Positions 1 to 13,300 of a stretch of 64,000 nt of DNA are shown here, piece by piece. The stretch comes from Azolla caroliniana (taxonomy: Eukaryota; Plantae; Polypodiophyta), in assembly GCA_043228905.1 (NCBI GenBank), contig JBHGNT010000020.1, forward strand, positions 1,302,001 to 1,366,000. Direction: 5' to 3'. Each line of letters begins with the position of its first letter. Position 1 is the stretch's first letter. The position numbers were made by a program, and so were the translations under genes. The notes below the pieces were generated by a model. It saw only the letters and a list, made by a program, of their open reading frames with translations. It searched no databases and had not been told where the DNA came from.

Positions 1-40
1 TCTTTAGTCGTACGCTGGCTAGGCCTTCCAGCATCAACGG

Positions 41-1165
41 CTAGAACCCGAAGGCCTTCGTTTTCCGGACTTCATCACTCCCGACCCCGATTCCCACCGA
101 CGCCGAGTAGTGGATGGTCTCCGCGTGGCAAACCGCCACTTCCTCCATGAGCCGTTTCATCCCCGCTCCTCCGACGTTCAGATCCAAGGCCCTCCGGGTT
201 TCGCTAGCGTGTACCCGCATGTTCCACAGGTACACCACGTTGGCCCTTATCGCTTCGGCGAAGTCCTCGCAGTCCTTTCGGGCGTGGCCGACCGCGTCGC
301 ACCACAAGCACTGATGCCCAACCGAAAGCCTTCGCTCACGATCTTGTTCACCGATGTCCCTCCGTGCCTATGCAATCTGGAGGTCCCTCACCATCTGAGT
401 CAACTCCTCTAGAGCCGCTCCACCGGATAGGCCTTTGACCACGCTGGTCGAAGTCGAGCCGGTCTCGAGCCAGTCTTGGGTCTCCTCCCTTCGCGCCGGT
501 GGGGGTACCTTGAGCTTCCTTGCCGCAACAGAACCCGCCCCCGATGAGCCTTTATCAACCCACTCACGCCGTTTGTCGAAACGACCGCAGACTCTCGTCA
601 CCATGGCCCAGTCGGTTGTTAGCCCTTCATCGGTCTCCAGCAGGAGGTCCACTTGCTCCCGGTCCCTCACGTCCACCGATTTAACAAATAATAGGACACG
701 ACTTGTGTCCAATGCGGTCCGGTCCAGTGCCGAAAGACCCACGAAGTGTTCTTCAAACTCCCAGAGGAGCACCGACGCGTTTCTCCCCTTTTCGGGGGTC
801 TCCACCCATTCCATGAAGCCCCGCTTTGATAGCTAAAGTGTGTCATCAAGCTCGTATTTCTCAAGAAGCTGACCTTCAAACTCTCCCCATGTCCAGCTCT
901 CAGCCCATACCTCGAGCACCTCCGCGTGGATGCCTGGCATCACCACCTGAGTGAATCCAGCCAGTCGCCAGTCTTCCGGAATGTCCCTCATCACCATTTC
1001 GGCTCGGTAGGCCTCCAAGTAGCTCGTGGCGTCCTTTCCACCGAACCAGCCCATCGTGTCGACGATTGCTTCAATAGCCCTATCGAGGGCACCTGTGCCT
1101 TCACACGAACTCACTAATCGATCTACAGCTGAAACCATGGTCTCTGCAAGCTCCGTTCCCCTCAT
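41..1165 (-). pseudogene. gag: Ty3 gag, disrupted
   Basis: Three broken ORFs (FGGKDATSYLEAY..., ...CDAVGHARKDC) downstream of the PBS. Confidence 0.7.
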
Positions 1166-1188
1166 CTTTTCTATTCCTCTGCCGCCTG

Positions 1189-1206
1189 TTCACGTCGGGT
1201 TCACCA
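1189..1206 (-). promoter_or_regulatory. Primer-binding site complementary to tRNA-Trp 3' end
   Basis: Plus strand TTCACGTCGGGTTCACCA matches the plant tRNA-Trp 3' end including CCA (recalled sequence) and lies 4 nt from the LTR edge. Confidence 0.8.
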
Positions 1207-1890
1207 ACTATGTGGCATTGTTACGCATGTGTGTATAGAACGAGGCGGGACCACGAGGATCTTGGATCGAGGAATAACTGATAAGGAGTAGGAGCAAGAA
1301 AGACAACGGTCGTGCTTCCACACACACACACACACACATACACAGAAACCGCAACCGAATGAAACAACGGAAAGGAGACGAATGCGTATATGTATATATA
1401 TATATTCTAATGAAAAAGGGGTTACAACCGGCAAGCCGATGAGCAACAATCTCCTACGCCTACGCACACGCACATAGAAGAGCGAGATGGAGATTCTGCC
1501 CGAAGCACTCGGGTGTTCCGCGGAGCAGAATCAGCCTCCCAAAAACCTACACAGATCAAATACAGAGAAAGTCGGAGGAGAAGAGCTCAGTCCTAGTTTG
1601 ACAACACTTCGTCCTCGACAAAAGCGATCCCCTTTTACGATTCCTCTCCCTCTCTTTTATAGCCCAAGGAGGGAGGCCGTTACAACTTGTTACATCATCT
1701 TTATTCTCTGTCCTTTCAAATAGAGATATGCCTCAATTTCCTACCTATCAAATCCGTGCGACCTAGGATATTCACATCAGCCGACTTGTACCTAAATATG
1801 TACATTACAACAAAACTTGTGCCCGTGTGTAAGGGCCGGTTCGTGCACATCCTTCTCCGATTCCGCCTAGGGACGATTTTCTCCACGACA

Positions 1891-2949
1891 CCGGAAAATT
1901 GCAAGTTTTCCGGAAAGCAAAGCCCAAAGACAAAGGCAGAGAAGTCGGATATGACAAAGATACCATATACCTCTACCGTCGGAAGCTTACAGTACGCAAT
2001 GGTGTGCACCCGACCGGATATTGCGTATGCTGTCGGAGAAGTCAAACGGTTCATGAGCAATCCGGGAAGAGAGCACTGGAACGCGGTCAAGTGGATACTC
2101 CGGTATCTGAAAGGTACCTCGAGTATGTGCCTTCAGTTTGGCTTCGGTAAACCCCAACTTGACGGATTCACAGATTCGGATATGTCGACTGATGTGGATA
2201 CCGTTCGGTCTACATCTGGATATGTCATGACCTATGCACAAGGAGTCGTATCGTGGCAGTCGAGACTGTAGAAGTCCGTTGCACTGTCGACAACGGAAGC
2301 GTAGTAGATGGCAGTTGTGGAAGCCGGAAAGGAAATAATCTAGATGAAGGACTTCATCGGAGAGCTAGGGATCTGGCAGGAGGAATTCTGGCTCTACTGC
2401 AACAGTCAAAGTGCCATCCACCTTGTGAAGAATGCGTCCTAGCATTCCCGGATGAAGCACATCCAACGGAGGTGTCACTGGATCGGGGAGAGAGTAGAAT
2501 ATCAAGACTTCATGCTGATGAATATCCACATGAAGGAGAATAGATCGGATATGCTGACCAAGGTGCTTTCAACCGACAAGCTGGACGCATGCCGAAGACG
2601 GATCAGATTAACGAGAAAACCCATGCCGGAGTGAAGGGGGAGTTTGTTGGGAAGTCGGTCCCTCTAGATGGGATTTGGATGAGAACCGGAGGAGCCGGAT
2701 CAAACAAGACGGATGAAGGAACCGGATCCGGAAGGGTTCCGGATGAGACGCGGAAACTAGATCGAGTGAATCCGGATGGATCCGGTACAAACCGGATCCA
2801 AGGACATATGTGTAAATACGTTTCATGGTGAGCCTATTAAGGCTATATTTGTAAATAGCCCAAAATTCATATAAGTATAAATATGACTTAGGGAAATTAC
2901 TTTAGTATATGGTGTAGTAGTTGTTGCTAGTTGTATCATCGTTGTACAC

Positions 2950-2992
<43 letters not shown>

Positions 2993-3226
2993 CAGAACTA
3001 GATTTCTGTTGTAATCGCCGGTTGGCAAAGACATAGAGCTCGAGTTCATTGCCTTTGAGTCTCTCATTGTATTCTTTTGTCTCCTATAGTGATAGTTGGA
3101 GCTTGTGGGATCCCGTGGTTTTTCCCATTAGGGTTTTCCACGTAAACATCTTGTGCCATCTGGTTTCAATTTGTTCTCTTCCATTCGTTGTTTTAGTCTC
3201 GGTTGTGGTCGAGCGTTATTTCTACA
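1891..3226 (+). mobile_element. Ty1/copia element A, 3' part (RT end, RNase H, PPT, 3' LTR about 2645-3226), degenerate
   Basis: YAMVCTRPDIAYAV, GFTDSD, SWQSRL and KHIQRR motifs with stops. PPT GAAGGGGGAG at about 2633-2642. Homologous to the intact copia at 41107-46577. Confidence 0.9.
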
Positions 3227-6200
3227 CAAACAGAGTTCTCTACTGCTTTGCATCCAATGTCAGTGGTCAGCTACTGAGATACATTTGGGACGCCAAGATG
3301 CCAAAGGATGCTTGGGAAAATCTGAAGAAGGTATTCACTGCAAGCACCACAACCAAAAAGCTACAACTCAAACAAGAGTTGAGCAACGTCCAGCAAAGAG
3401 ACATGTTGGTGGCTAATTACACCTCCTGGATCAAAGATATCTACGACTCTCTCGCCTCCATTAACGCGACAGTCGAGTAGGACGAAATGGTGCAGGTCTA
3501 TCTCGTTGGGTTGGCATCTAAGTTTGGACCCATTCTAGATGTGGTCTGCACAACAGAGAGTACGTCGTCATTTTTCGAGTTGGAATCGATGCTTCTTGTT
3601 GAAGAGAACCACTCGAGTGTGTCAATGAGCATGCACACCGACAACAAAATGATGTACACAGAGGAGGATAGAACCCGTGGTCATGGTAGAAGAGTTGGGT
3701 TGGCACGCAATGGAGGCGGGCGACAACAGTTCCGGATCATCATGCGACAATAGTTCTGGATTCTTCAGGAGTAGGGTGAGTCAAGGCGGTGCCGGAAACC
3801 GGCAAGCAAAGGCCGAAACAGAGTGCTGGTATTGTGCCAAGAAGGGCCACAGAAAGAGTGACTGCTAGAAGAAGTGCTCCAATTCAGACAAATTCTGATC
3901 GCACCGGGGTGATGTAGACAGGAGTCAAAGATGCATTACGTCGAGGGCTTAGTAGGAGCTGGAGATGGATCGGGCCTAGCCTTCGTGATGAAGCACAAGG
4001 CCAATTCAATGGCGATGAATACCTCCAAACTGAACGAGGTATGGTATGTCGATTCCGAAGCATCAAACCACATGATGAGCCACGAGGAGTGGTTCTCGTA
4101 CTTGGAGAAACCAGAAAAACCTGGGGTCGTCGAAACTGGTATTGACACCCCAAATACCATCAAACATGTTGGTGAAGTGCCCTTAAAACCATGTCGGACA
4201 AAAAGGGAACCTGATGAATGTCATGTGCGTCCCGACAGTCACAAAGAATCTGGTGTCTGTTGAACAGATTGTCGACCAAGGGATGCAGGTGTGGTTGAGA
4301 CACCTCGAGTGCTTCATCGAAGAAGAAACCAAAGTCATTGCACAAGGGTGCCGAGAAGGGAGGGTGTTTATCCTCGAAACAAATGAAGTCAGAACCGTTA
4401 TGCTTGCAAAAGGGCAAAAAGTTGAGTCGGATATCGACCTATGGCACAAGTGGTTTGGCTTTGGGAGATGCAGACAAAGAACATTGTCTTCAGATTACCG
4501 AAATTCAGTGGCTTTAACGACCAAGTCTGTGAAGCCTGCCAGTTAGGGAAGCAACACCGACTTCCATTCCTTAAGGAATGAAATTGGAGTCAGCTTGATT
4601 TGATCCAGTCGGATGTGTGGGGATTGGTACAGAATGTGCGCATCGCAGGAAGCCGTTATTTTGTAACCTTTATCGATGACTACACTCGACACACTTGGGT
4701 GTGCTTGATCGTGAAGAAGGAAGAAGTCTTTTCCTACTTCCTAAAGGTGAAGAAACTTGTTGAATGGGAAACCGGCAAGAAGATCAAGTGCCTAAGGTCG
4801 AATAGTGAAAAAGAGTACTTTTCCAACCAATTCTCGAGTTATCTGGAAAAGGAAGGAATTTGACGAGAATTCTGTTGCGGATACACACTAGAGCAGAACC
4901 ATGTGTCCGAGCGGAAGAACCAAATTATAGAGGAGATGGCACAAGCGATGCTTGAAGAGAAGCATCTACTAAAGTTTTAGTGGGCCGAAACGGTCTAGAT
5001 GGCCGTCTACATGCAGAATCAAACATCTACAACTGGAGTGTCACCACATGAGTTGTATTTCGGGAAGAAAAAAAAACTGGGACACTTGAGGGTGTTCAGC
5101 AGCATTGCCTATGTGCATGTACCAAAGGAGAAATGGAGGAAGCTAGACGCGAAAGTCGAGAAGTCCATTCTCGTCGGCTACTCGGACGAGCAAAAGGGTT
5201 ATAAATGTTATAATCCCCGAACCAAACAAGTTTGGGTCAATTTCGACGAATTGACGTCATGGTACTTGCCTTCATCTTCAACCCCTGACAACTCCATTCT
5301 GATCTCTGAGGACGAGGTCAATGAGGCTAAAATTCCTCCTAACAACGAAGAAATCGGAGCTCTAGAAGAGAGTACTATCTCATTCTGGCTGAGCGAGTGG
5401 AATGAAGGGCTGAGTCAAAAAGACTAGAAAGATGATGAGTCGGCGAGTAGTGGATGCTCGGCCGTTTTTTCCCGTGTCAGAAGCCGAGGAGACAGCTTAC
5501 GCGCAAGGAGAAAGGATAAAGGAAAGAAGAAGATGCCGGAGTACGGTGTCGTGAGGATTTTTGGCCATGGTGAGAAAACCCGAGCGGGAGGAATAAAACA
5601 AGATGCGCAACATTGCACATGAACTTAGGAAAATTGTAACATAGGAATAATAGACAAATGTAAGGAGGAAAAGTAAGATGTAAAGGTATAAAGGTGATGT
5701 GCACTATGTAGACTAGAGGGAGGCACATGAAGTATGGGTGTAGGGAGTAGTGGGCATCGAGTATGTCGGTGAGAGGAGAGGGAGTTAAGACCCATCAATC
5801 TCACCTCCTAAGATTGAGGTCAAATACTCTCCTTTGAAAGAAAGGGGATTTGACCACTCCTTTCTATAATGTGCCTCACCCCTTATTACTATAAAAGGGA
5901 TTGAGACCTCACTTTGGAGGGGCTTCCACTTTTTGGGTTTCTTTGGGTTGCCATTAGGGTTTCGGAATTTTGGGTTTTAGGATCTCATTTCAGGGGTTTC
6001 ATTCATCTTCTTCTTCTTCTTCTTCTTCTTCTTCTTCTTTTCCCCTATCTGGTTAGGGTTTCATCTAGAGGGTTTACATTCGGCCCACACGACCACGGTT
6101 GTAATTGGTGTGGTGCTTTCCATAATGTATCTTGTCTTGTTTAGATCTTATTCTCTTGAATCTTAATCTCTCAAATCTTAATCTTTCTCTTCCTTCTCGG

Positions 6201-6425
6201 TTGAACTCCCAAGCTTCTCTCCCTCCTCTTACTCCCTAGTCCAAGACCCCCGTGGTCCCGTCCTATCTGACACGCACAAACAAGGAAGAGTTGAATCAGA
6301 GCAAATATGACTCCAGAAAGCATGAAGACGAACCTTCGAAGAAGAGGTCCGAGTCGACCAAGAGGGCCATCAGATTGGTAGAGCAAAAATTGCGGCGATC
6401 TACCGGCCAGAAGCAACCTGTAGTT
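3227..6425 (+). mobile_element. Ty1/copia element B internal region (gag, zinc knuckle, protease, integrase), degenerate; interrupted at 5547-6282 and cut at about 6425
   Basis: AWENLKKVF gag, CWYCAKKGHRKSDC knuckle, WYVDSEASNHM protease, LWHKWFG pre-integrase, IQSDVWG/FIDDYTR integrase, and an RRSTGQK linker after the insertion. Confidence 0.88.
5547..6282 (+). mobile_element. Probable solo LTR (Ty3-type) inserted in copia B
   Basis: Begins TGTCGTG and has a TATAAAAG box at about 5890. Near its end it shares CCAAGA.CC.CGTGGTCCCG with LTR 1211-1890. The copia B frame resumes after it. Right end approximate; no TSD found. Confidence 0.55.
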
Positions 6426-6663
6426 TGTTGTGAAAACAGGTTCCTTTGAATGGGAAGAAGAGAACAAACTGAATCGAAAATAGATGGGTAATTCGTCTGA
6501 GGCTAAAATCGAAATCGAGAACCAATATCGAAAATCGATTTAATAGCCAATTCAGAGGCTACATTTGTAAATAGCCATAAATGTTGTATGTGTATATATA
6601 CACTTAGGACAAGTAGTTAGAGAGATTAGTAGTTCATTGTTGTAGAGTTACATATAAGGTTGT
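6426..6663 (+). mobile_element. Truncated copia-family LTR (U3 part), cut by chromovirus W
   Basis: Starts TGTTG and contains the family motif GGCTACATTTGTAAATAGCC followed by CTTAGG. Confidence 0.6.
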
Positions 6664-8096
6664 GGTCATGATATGGCTTGGTATGGCTCCGAAAGGATTT
6701 GAACCCATGACCTTCATGTTACAAGGGTTGAACCTTTACCAAATATATTTTCATTTATTATTTCACTATAGGAAATTCATGTATATTCTAGATTACTCTA
6801 GAACATTCTAGAAACTTAAGGAGTACTCCTAACAATACTATAAATAGAGGCACATGGCATTATTAAGAACCAATTTGGATCAAACTATTAGGGATAGTAC
6901 TAGAGGCAAGGAGAATTAGTACTAAAGATAGAGGAATAGTAGTAAGAAGGGAAAGAGTGTGTGAGAATTACAAGAGGGGAAGAGAGAGAGAGAGAGAGAG
7001 AATGATGACAATAGGAAGTATATTATATTATATGAAGTAAGATACAAGAATGACTAGGAGGTTTAAGACTATAACGAGTTTATTAGCGAGTTTAAAGCCT
7101 ATTTTGGGGACACAAATAGCATTAGGAAGGCAATCAATAAAATTCGAAGATTGCGTGAAGGTGATCGTTTAGTCTCAGCTTACCCTACAGATTTCCGTCT
7201 ACTCGTCGTTGATATTCCCTGGGATGACCTAGCATTAATGGAGTAGTTTTCATATGGCCTGCGAAATGATGTCAAAGATTTACTCCTGACTTTCCCCGAA
7301 GAACCAAAGTCGCTCAAGTGCTACGGTGCAATAACAGACTTTCCGAATGACGTTTGGAATGTTAGTTACAAATGCCAAGAACAAGGTCGGAGCCCACATA
7401 TGCCTCAGTCATAACAAAACCATTTGCAAAGGAGTCGTATAATGCGTCTCCAACAAATACTCCAACTCCAATGGAAATCGACACCACACGTCGTCGTCGA
7501 TCATTATCGGAAGAGGAAAAGCAGCAGCGCCGAACAAATCGACTATGTCTTCATTGCGGTGGACTGGGGCATATTGCAGTGAACTATCCTCATAGGCCAA
7601 GAAGACAAGTAAATCAAATAGCCACTAGTACTAATAGTACTAAACTTGATTCTTTTCCATTAGGATTGTTAGATAGTCCTAATAGCCCAAGCCTATCAAA
7701 CAAATTTGAAGTCCTTAGTCAGGTAGAAAAAGAGTTAAACGACTAAGTCCAGCCAAAATAGGAGTCGTTTCGTTGGACATCCCTAGATCTGTGCAACCCA
7801 TTAGTGGTTCCATTCCCTCTAAGAAAGTTAGCAATGTCTTCCTAGCTCAAGTAACAATTAGTACTAAAAGTAACCATCCAATACTAAACTTAACCCTCCA
7901 GTACATGTGTTAACACTCCTAGATTCCGGAGCCAATTCTTGCTTCATGGATAAGAATTTCGCCCAAGTTCATAAGATATCCCTAAGAAAACTCCCTTGCC
8001 CAGCTTTTGTAGTAGTCATTGATGGTCGCCCTATTTCTTCCGGAGATATCGTAGAAGAATCAGAGATGATTAGTGTTGTCCTAAATAATTTGGCGT

Positions 8097-9548
8097 GTGT
8101 GGTATCATTTAATATAATTAGTAGTCTAGAGCATCCAATTATTTTGGGGTTACCATGGTTCAAATTACAGAATCAGAACATAGATTGGAGAACAAGAGAA
8201 ATCAGGTATCGACAATATCCAGAATCTACTCACAAGATTTCAACCATTTCGCTACATCAATTGCATGAGGAAGGAAACAAGGAATCAATGTTTGTATTCG
8301 CAATGTGTGGTATCGTTTAATATAATTAGTAGTCCAGAGCATTCAATTATTTTGGGGTTACCATGGTTCAAATTACAGAATCCGAACATAGATTGGAGAA
8401 CAAGAGAAATCAGGTATCGACAATATCCAGAATCTACTCACAAGATTTCAACCATTTCGCTACATCAATTGCATGAGGAAGGAAACAAGGAATCAATGTT
8501 TGTATTCGCAATGTGTGGTATCGTTTAATATAATTAGTAGTCCAGAGCATTCAATTATTTTGGGGTTACCATGGTTCAAATTACAGAATCCGAACATAGA
8601 TTGGAGAACAAGAGAAATCAGGTATCGACAATATCCAGAATCTACTCACAAGATTTCAACCATTTCGCTACATCAATTGCATGAGGAAGGAAACAAGGAA
8701 TCTGTCGGGATTACGGTCCCTTCGGATGGGATAGTCGGATGTCGGATTGAATGCCGACAAGCCCGGTTTCGGTTTCGGAACCAGATGATGAAGACCCCGG
8801 CTTCGGAGCCGGATGACGAATGTACCCGGAGAGAGATCCGGATGCAGGGACATATCCATGAATACGTTTTGCTAAGGGCCCCTGAGGCTATAGCTGTAAA
8901 TAGCCCCAAAGTCATATATGTATAAATATGACTTAGGGCAAACAGTTTTACTGTTGCTGATCATTTTTTCTGTTTTTCCACTCAAGAGGAGTGAAGAGGG
9001 AGCAGCCGTGAGAGAGAGAGAGAGAGATAGAGCGTGAGAGAGGAAGAGGACGACGCCTCTGTGTATTTCCGCCGCCTGTGGCGAGGACAGCGAGCTCAAG
9101 GTCGTCGCCTTGCCGCTCGCCATTGTATACTTCTCTTTGTATAGTGTTGGTTTGGAGTCTTGTACTCCCGTGGTTTTTCCCGTATAGGGTTTTCCACGTT
9201 AATCCCTGCGTATTCGTGTGTTTCTCTCTGTGGTTTCCTATTTTCTGCTGCATTGATTCGCGCTTACTCGGTTGTGGCCGAGTGGTGAAGGTTGAATCGA
9301 AGCGTCGATTCCCAACAGAATCAATGTTTGTATTCGCAGTGTGTGGTATCGTTTAATATAATTAGTAGTCCAGAGCATCCAATTATTTTGGGGTTACCAT
9401 GGTTCAAATTACAGAATCCGAACATAGATTGGAGAACAAGAGAAATCAGGTATCGACAATATCCAGAATCTACTCACAAGATTTCAACCATTTCGCTACA
9501 TCAATTGCATGAGGAAGGAAACAAGGAATCAATGTTTGTATTCGCAGT
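8097..9548 (+). repeat. Four tandem 208-bp copies of the protease-RT linker of element W
   Basis: Units start at 8097, 8305, 8513 and 9341. Unit 3 is interrupted by the solo LTR 8703-9317 plus its 5-bp TSD. Confidence 0.92.
8703..9317 (+). mobile_element. Solo LTR of the copia Z family
   Basis: TG...CA ends, TSD GAATC (8698-8702 and 9318-9322), strong similarity to LTR 41107-41784. Confidence 0.93.
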
Positions 9549-9664
9549 ATCAATGAAATCATCCAACACCGCTAAGGAGGAGTCAACAATTCAACTTCCA
9601 AAGAAGTATCATCATTACGCCGATGTTTTTTATAAGGTAAAATCTAGTACTCTTCCTCATAATC

Positions 9665-10204
9665 TGTTGAGAAATCGTTGTGGAATTAATCACAATAATC
9701 GAACTACGCGCTAAAATATGATTCATAGAAATGGCAGAAAAACAAGATAAACAAGAATGCACAGAGATTTACGTGAAAAACCACGGGTGAACAGATTCTT
9801 CACTATAGTATAGTGGATATGCAATACAGAGATGATTACAACACTCTAACGAGTGTATCAGCCACATAGGGCTCTTCGTGTCGGCTGTTACACACACAGC
9901 TATGGCGCGGCTCTCTCTTCTCTCTCACAGTCTCTACTACTTCTACACACACTCTATTACTACGTCTCTCTACACTCAACATGTTTTCCCTAGTTACATA
10001 TATACTTACACAACTTTTCTGGCTATTTACATACATAGCCTTTATGGGGCACACTCTTAGACTATTTACAAGTATAGTCTCCGGAGTTGGCTATTTACAC
10101 GATTCCGGTTTCGGCCTCGACCTGTCCCTCATCAACTCGGCTCCTTGACTATCAGCTTTCCGGATGGTCGGATCTTCCTCCCACTGGAGGGACATATCCC
10201 AACA
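9665..10204 (-). mobile_element. Solo LTR, copia-family-like, reverse orientation
   Basis: TG...CA ends, near-TSD TAATC/CAATC, reverse complements of the family motifs (GACTATACTTGTAAATAGTC, CCCGTGGTTTTT). Host RT sequence resumes after it. Confidence 0.85.
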
Positions 10205-10314
10205 CAATCGACCATATGATTGTCCCATTTATTTACAACCAGGAAAAGAGCCACTGTGGGGACCGATCTACAACTTGTCACCAACCGAGCTTGAAGCTCT
10301 TTGAGTCTACATAG

Positions 10315-13300
10315 TGTCATATTGGGTGCGATTTGCGGAAACGTGTATAGATCTATTGTCAGTCCTGAACAGCAAACAACGCAGACAAAAAATAGAATAG
10401 GTGTGGACTTACACAGTGCAAGCTCTAATGGAAAGCTTTATTGCTTCGTTCTCACTCTCTCTCTGAGTTACAATGCACAGACCCTTCGTTTCTCTATCAC
10501 TCATCACTCTATACAATGTTAGGTATTCGCTTATATACTAAGCCCTAACTTATTGACGAGTTCACACTTCGACAAATACAACTTGGAAGGAGTCGGCCTT
10601 TTATGCCAACAAACTCCCCCGTAAAAGGACTACTCTTTCTTGCATGTACAAGTGTTTGGGGTTATCTCCCCCGTAAGCCTGGATTACAAAATTGATCTAA
10701 GTTTATATGTTACAAGTCAGTCGGCATGCAGTCGAGTCGGCAAATGTATAGGATGTGTTGTTATTGTTCCGATTAGATCTTACCTTCTGCTCCTCATTCA
10801 GCTTTCTTCTACTCGGTCGCTTGTCATAGCCCCATTTTCGTCCTTAGTGCTCCGAAGTGTAGATTTGGGAGTGGCTTCGTCAGGCAATCAACGATGTTCA
10901 CCTCAGTGTCGATCTTCCGGACTTCGAGTTTATTTTCGTTTACGAGCTCCCAGATATGATGATACCGCACCTCAATGTGCTTCTTCTTTGCATGATAGAT
11001 GGGATTGTTGATGAGGTGTATTGCGCTCTGTGAGTCGCAATAGATGGTCAGCACTAGTCGGTCGTTTTGGCTTGCAGTTCCGAAGTCGGCAGTCAGTCGG
11101 TGCAGCCAGATCGTTTCCTTCGTTGCTTCTGATGTTGCTATGTACTCAGCTTCTATGGTAGACAGAGCCGTGCTGCAGTCTTGAAGTTTCGACCTCCATG
11201 ATAACGCCCTGCCACCATAGGTGAAGATGTAGCCTGATGTTGATTTCCGATTATCTGCATTTTCGGCATAGTCAGAATCGGTGTAGCCTTCTACTTCGGC
11301 AGAGGTTGTCAGTCCGAAAGTCAGTTGTGCATCTAGGGTTCCTTTTATATACCTAAGGATGTGTTTGACAGCCTCCAAATGCTTCTTTCCTAGGTTTGAC
11401 ATGTACCGGTTGACCACCCCAACGGCATTGGCTAGGTCGGGTCAGATCGCCACCATTGCGTACATGATACTTCCTACTGCCGATGTGTAGGGTATTTTTC
11501 CATTAATTTCTCTCTCCTTGTCCATCGAAGGAGAGTCTCTCTCCAATAGTCCAATCGACGTCGGAAGCGATGTCGGTGTTGGCTTTGCATTCTCCATGTT
11601 GAAGCGCTTCAGCACCTTGCGGATGTATTCGGACTAGGAGAGTCGGAGAGTTTTGGTCATCCGATTTCGCTCTATCCTCATGCCCAGTATGTGTCAGGCT
11701 TGTCCGAGTTCCTTCATCGTGAACTTTGCGTGAAGGCTCCGCTTCAGCTTACCGATCTCTGCTTGATTGCTTCTTGCAATCAACATGTCGTCGACATATA
11801 GGATCAGATAGATCCTTGACTCGTCGGCCAGTTGCCGAACCTACATGCATGGGTTGGAGTCTGATCTGTTGTATCCAAGATACCGTTTGTAGGAGTCAAA
11901 CTTCTGGTACCACATTCTTAGCGCTTGTTTTAGTCCATATAGACTTTTCTTTAGTCGACATACGAGGTGACTGTCCTCCCCCGTTACCGTGAAGCCTTCC
12001 GGTTGAGACATGTATATGTCTTCTTCCAGATCTCCGTGTAGGAATGCCATCTTTACGTCCATCTGCTCGAGCTCTAGATCTTCTGTCGCCACGACTCCTA
12101 GTAGAACTCGGAAGGTGGTCATCTTCACTACTAGTGAGAATATCTCGTTGTAGTTGACCCCATATTCCTGTTTGAATCCTTTCGCGACAAGCCGAGCTTT
12201 GCACTTGGGTTTCTCTGAGTTGGATACATACTTATATCGGAAAACCCATTTGCAAGGTAGCGGCTTCCTTCCAGCTAATAGCTCAACCAGTTCCCATGTC
12301 TGATTCTGATTATTCGAGCCCATTTGCATTTCATGGCTTGTAGCCATGTTTCGGCGTCCGGTGCGGCCATAACGTCTTCATAGGTGCTTGGTTCGCCTGC
12401 ATCCATGTAGTTGACGTAGTCGAGGCCCGGTTGATAGAACTCTGTTTGCCTTCGAGCTCGTCTAGATCTCCTGGGTGCCGAGATGTTTGGTTCGGATCCT
12501 TTGATCAACTCTGTTGGTCGATCGGTATTAGTTGAACCATTTGTATCAAGAGTCTTGTTAGGTGTCCTGCCCCTGGATTGGGATTTCGACGTTGTCTAGT
12601 TGTCCTCCCCTATGGTTGTCGTCGACTCTTTTCTGACTTGTCTCTTGGTAACTTTGCCTTTGAGTTCAGCGATAGGACTTGTTGCCGATTCAGTGTTGGC
12701 AGGGAAGTTGGCAGCTTGTTGGAGTTCGGTTGTTTGTCAAGTCTCTGATTCAGCCCGGTGTGTCGGTCCTTCTACGACAATGTTGTCATCTTCAAAGGAT
12801 ACCTTCTTACCAACTATTTTCTGTTGGTTCTGCTAAGGGAAGATAGAGTCTTCATTGAAGACTACGTCGCTGCTCCGGATCAATTTCCGTTCTCAGGGTC
12901 CCATAGCCGGTAGCCGAAGTCCCCATCGGTTCCATAATCGAGAAATATGCACTTTGTTGCATGGGATGCCAACTTCATCCTTTTGTCCCTGGGGATGAAT
13001 GCGTAGGCTTCGCATCCGAACATACGGAGCCTATCGTAGGTCGATTGTTTGCCTGACCATAGTGTCTGTGGCACTTCAAGCCTAATTGCTCTTGAGGGTG
13101 CCAAATTTATCACGTACACTACCGTCTGCAATGCCTTGGCCTAGAATTCCAGCTTCAGTCCGGCTTGCTGGAGCATTGCCGTCACCCTCTTCTGGATTTT
13201 CTTGTTGATCTGTTTTGCCACTCCATTTTGCATGGGCGTGTAGGGAATGGTCTTTTGGTGTCGGATCCCTTTTCTGAACAGGTACTGTTTGAAGGCTCTG

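Larger units (their letters stand above)
1..1890 (-). mobile_element. Ty3/gypsy LTR retrotransposon, 5' part (5' LTR 1211-1890, PBS, degenerate gag); continues beyond the window start; inserted into copia A RT
   Basis: TG...CA-bounded segment 1211-1890, PBS at 1189-1206, then gag-like ORF pieces 833-1165, 368-814 and 41-307 ending in a zinc knuckle (CxxCDAVGHARKDC). Copia RT sequence resumes directly at 1891. Confidence 0.85.
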
